DNA of 63,323 bases, counting the filler, from Lenisia limosa (lineage: Eukaryota > Protista > Breviatea): the NCBI GenBank assembly GCA_001655205.1. It is 16 parts of 16 records of this genome, joined end to end, with 100 filler letters (N's around TTAATTAATTAA, not from the genome) between each part and the next. Parts side by side here need not be neighbours in the genome. Positions count along the whole stretch, not along the records: positions 60,464 to 63,323 come from LPNZ01009823.1; 15 more parts are not named here. The stretch is one strand, 5' to 3'. The position numbers and the translations under genes are program-made. Of the stretch, positions 62,373-63,323 are shown one piece after another. Position 1 is the stretch's first letter, and the number at the start of each line of letters is the position of its first letter. Below the pieces are notes generated by a model. The model was given only the letters and a program-made list of their open reading frames with translations. It was not told the origin of the DNA and did no database searches.

Positions 62373-63323
62373 GTCGATATCTCTGGGGGGGGGGGGNNNN
62401 NNNNNNNNNNNNNNNNNNNNNNNNNNNNNNNNNNNNNNNNNNNNNNNNNNNNNNNNNNNNNNNNNNNNNNNNNNNNNNNNNNNNNNNNNNNNNNNNNNNN
62501 NNNNNNNNNNNNNNNNNNNNNNNNNNNNNNNNNNNNNNNNNNNNNNNNNNNNNNNNNNNNNNNNNNNNNNNNNNNNNNNNNNNNNNNNNNNNNNNNNNNN
62601 NNNNNNNNNNNNNNNNNNNNNNNNNNNNNNNNNNNNNNNNNNNNNNNNNNNNNNNNNNNNNNNNNNNNNNNNNNNNNNNNNNNNNNNNNNNNNNNNNNNN
62701 NNNNNNNNNNNNNNNNNNNNNNNNNNNNNNNNNNNNGGGCTTCAATTCGGTTCGAAAAAGATAGGTAAAATATCGATAGTTTTCGAGGATTTATAGAGAG
62801 ATTCAGTCTATTTTTTGAATCAGCCCTAACTACATCTCAAGTGTTTTATCTCCCTCAAGGAGTCTTTGAATATCTCCCCAAGCATTGACATTTATGGAAC
62901 CAAAGTGAGCCCCTAACCCCCCACAAGCAAGAGGACCCTGAAGTGAANNNNNNNNNNNNNNNNNNNNNNNNNNNNNNNNNNNNNNNNNNNNNNNNNNNNN
63001 NNNNNNNNNNNNNNNNNNNNNNNNNNNNNNNNNNNNNNNNNNNNNNNNNNNNNNNNNNNNNNNNNNNNNNNNNNNNNNNNNNNNNNNNNNNNNNNNNNNN
63101 NNNNNNNNNNNNNNNNNNNNNNNNNNNNNNNNNNNNNNNNNNNNNNNNNNNNNNNNNNNNNNNNNNNNNNNNNNNNNNNNNNNNNNNNNNNNNNNNNNNG
63201 GGAAATTTATGAATAAAGCCCAAAACCAATCATGTTAGCTGAAAACACAAAAGCGTTGATATAACTATATCACTATTTCTGTAATCACCATATGAACACC
63301 ATATGAACACCATATAAACACCA

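Noticed and set aside
63286-63323. Telomeric repeat at the window end
   Set aside because: It is an 11-bp CACCATATGAA unit repeated about three times, not G-rich telomere-like, and the window end is arbitrary.

Overview
This is eukaryotic, intron-rich DNA using the standard genetic code, probably from a protist; the taxon cannot be named from the sequence. The window is not one locus. Fifteen artificial linkers (44 N + TTAATTAATTAA + 44 N) join 16 contig pieces, so neighbours across a linker may be unrelated. Recognisable spliced genes, many partial, are: TMEM19, an SLC38/AVT amino-acid transporter, an NHE8-like Na+/H+ exchanger, a bacterial-type DUF2817/M14 peptidase, ARL2, CDC5L, ITPK1, YIPF4, histidine ammonia-lyase, a small GTPase, RABL6, CCDC6-like, POLR1B, an SMPD1-like acid sphingomyelinase, kinesin-8 and an ADAM-like disintegrin protein. 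The main signal is the intron architecture. One contig (about 12-18.5 kb) has mostly ~30-nt introns. Elsewhere introns are expanded by at least five short dispersed repeat families (labelled A-E here). Family D (~100-150 nt) is almost always sense to the host gene and ends at or near the 3' splice site, often supplying the branch-like motif, the C-tract and the AG. It is a candidate introner-like element or mobile 3'-splice-site cassette. All alignments, translations and copy counts were done by eye and need computational confirmation.
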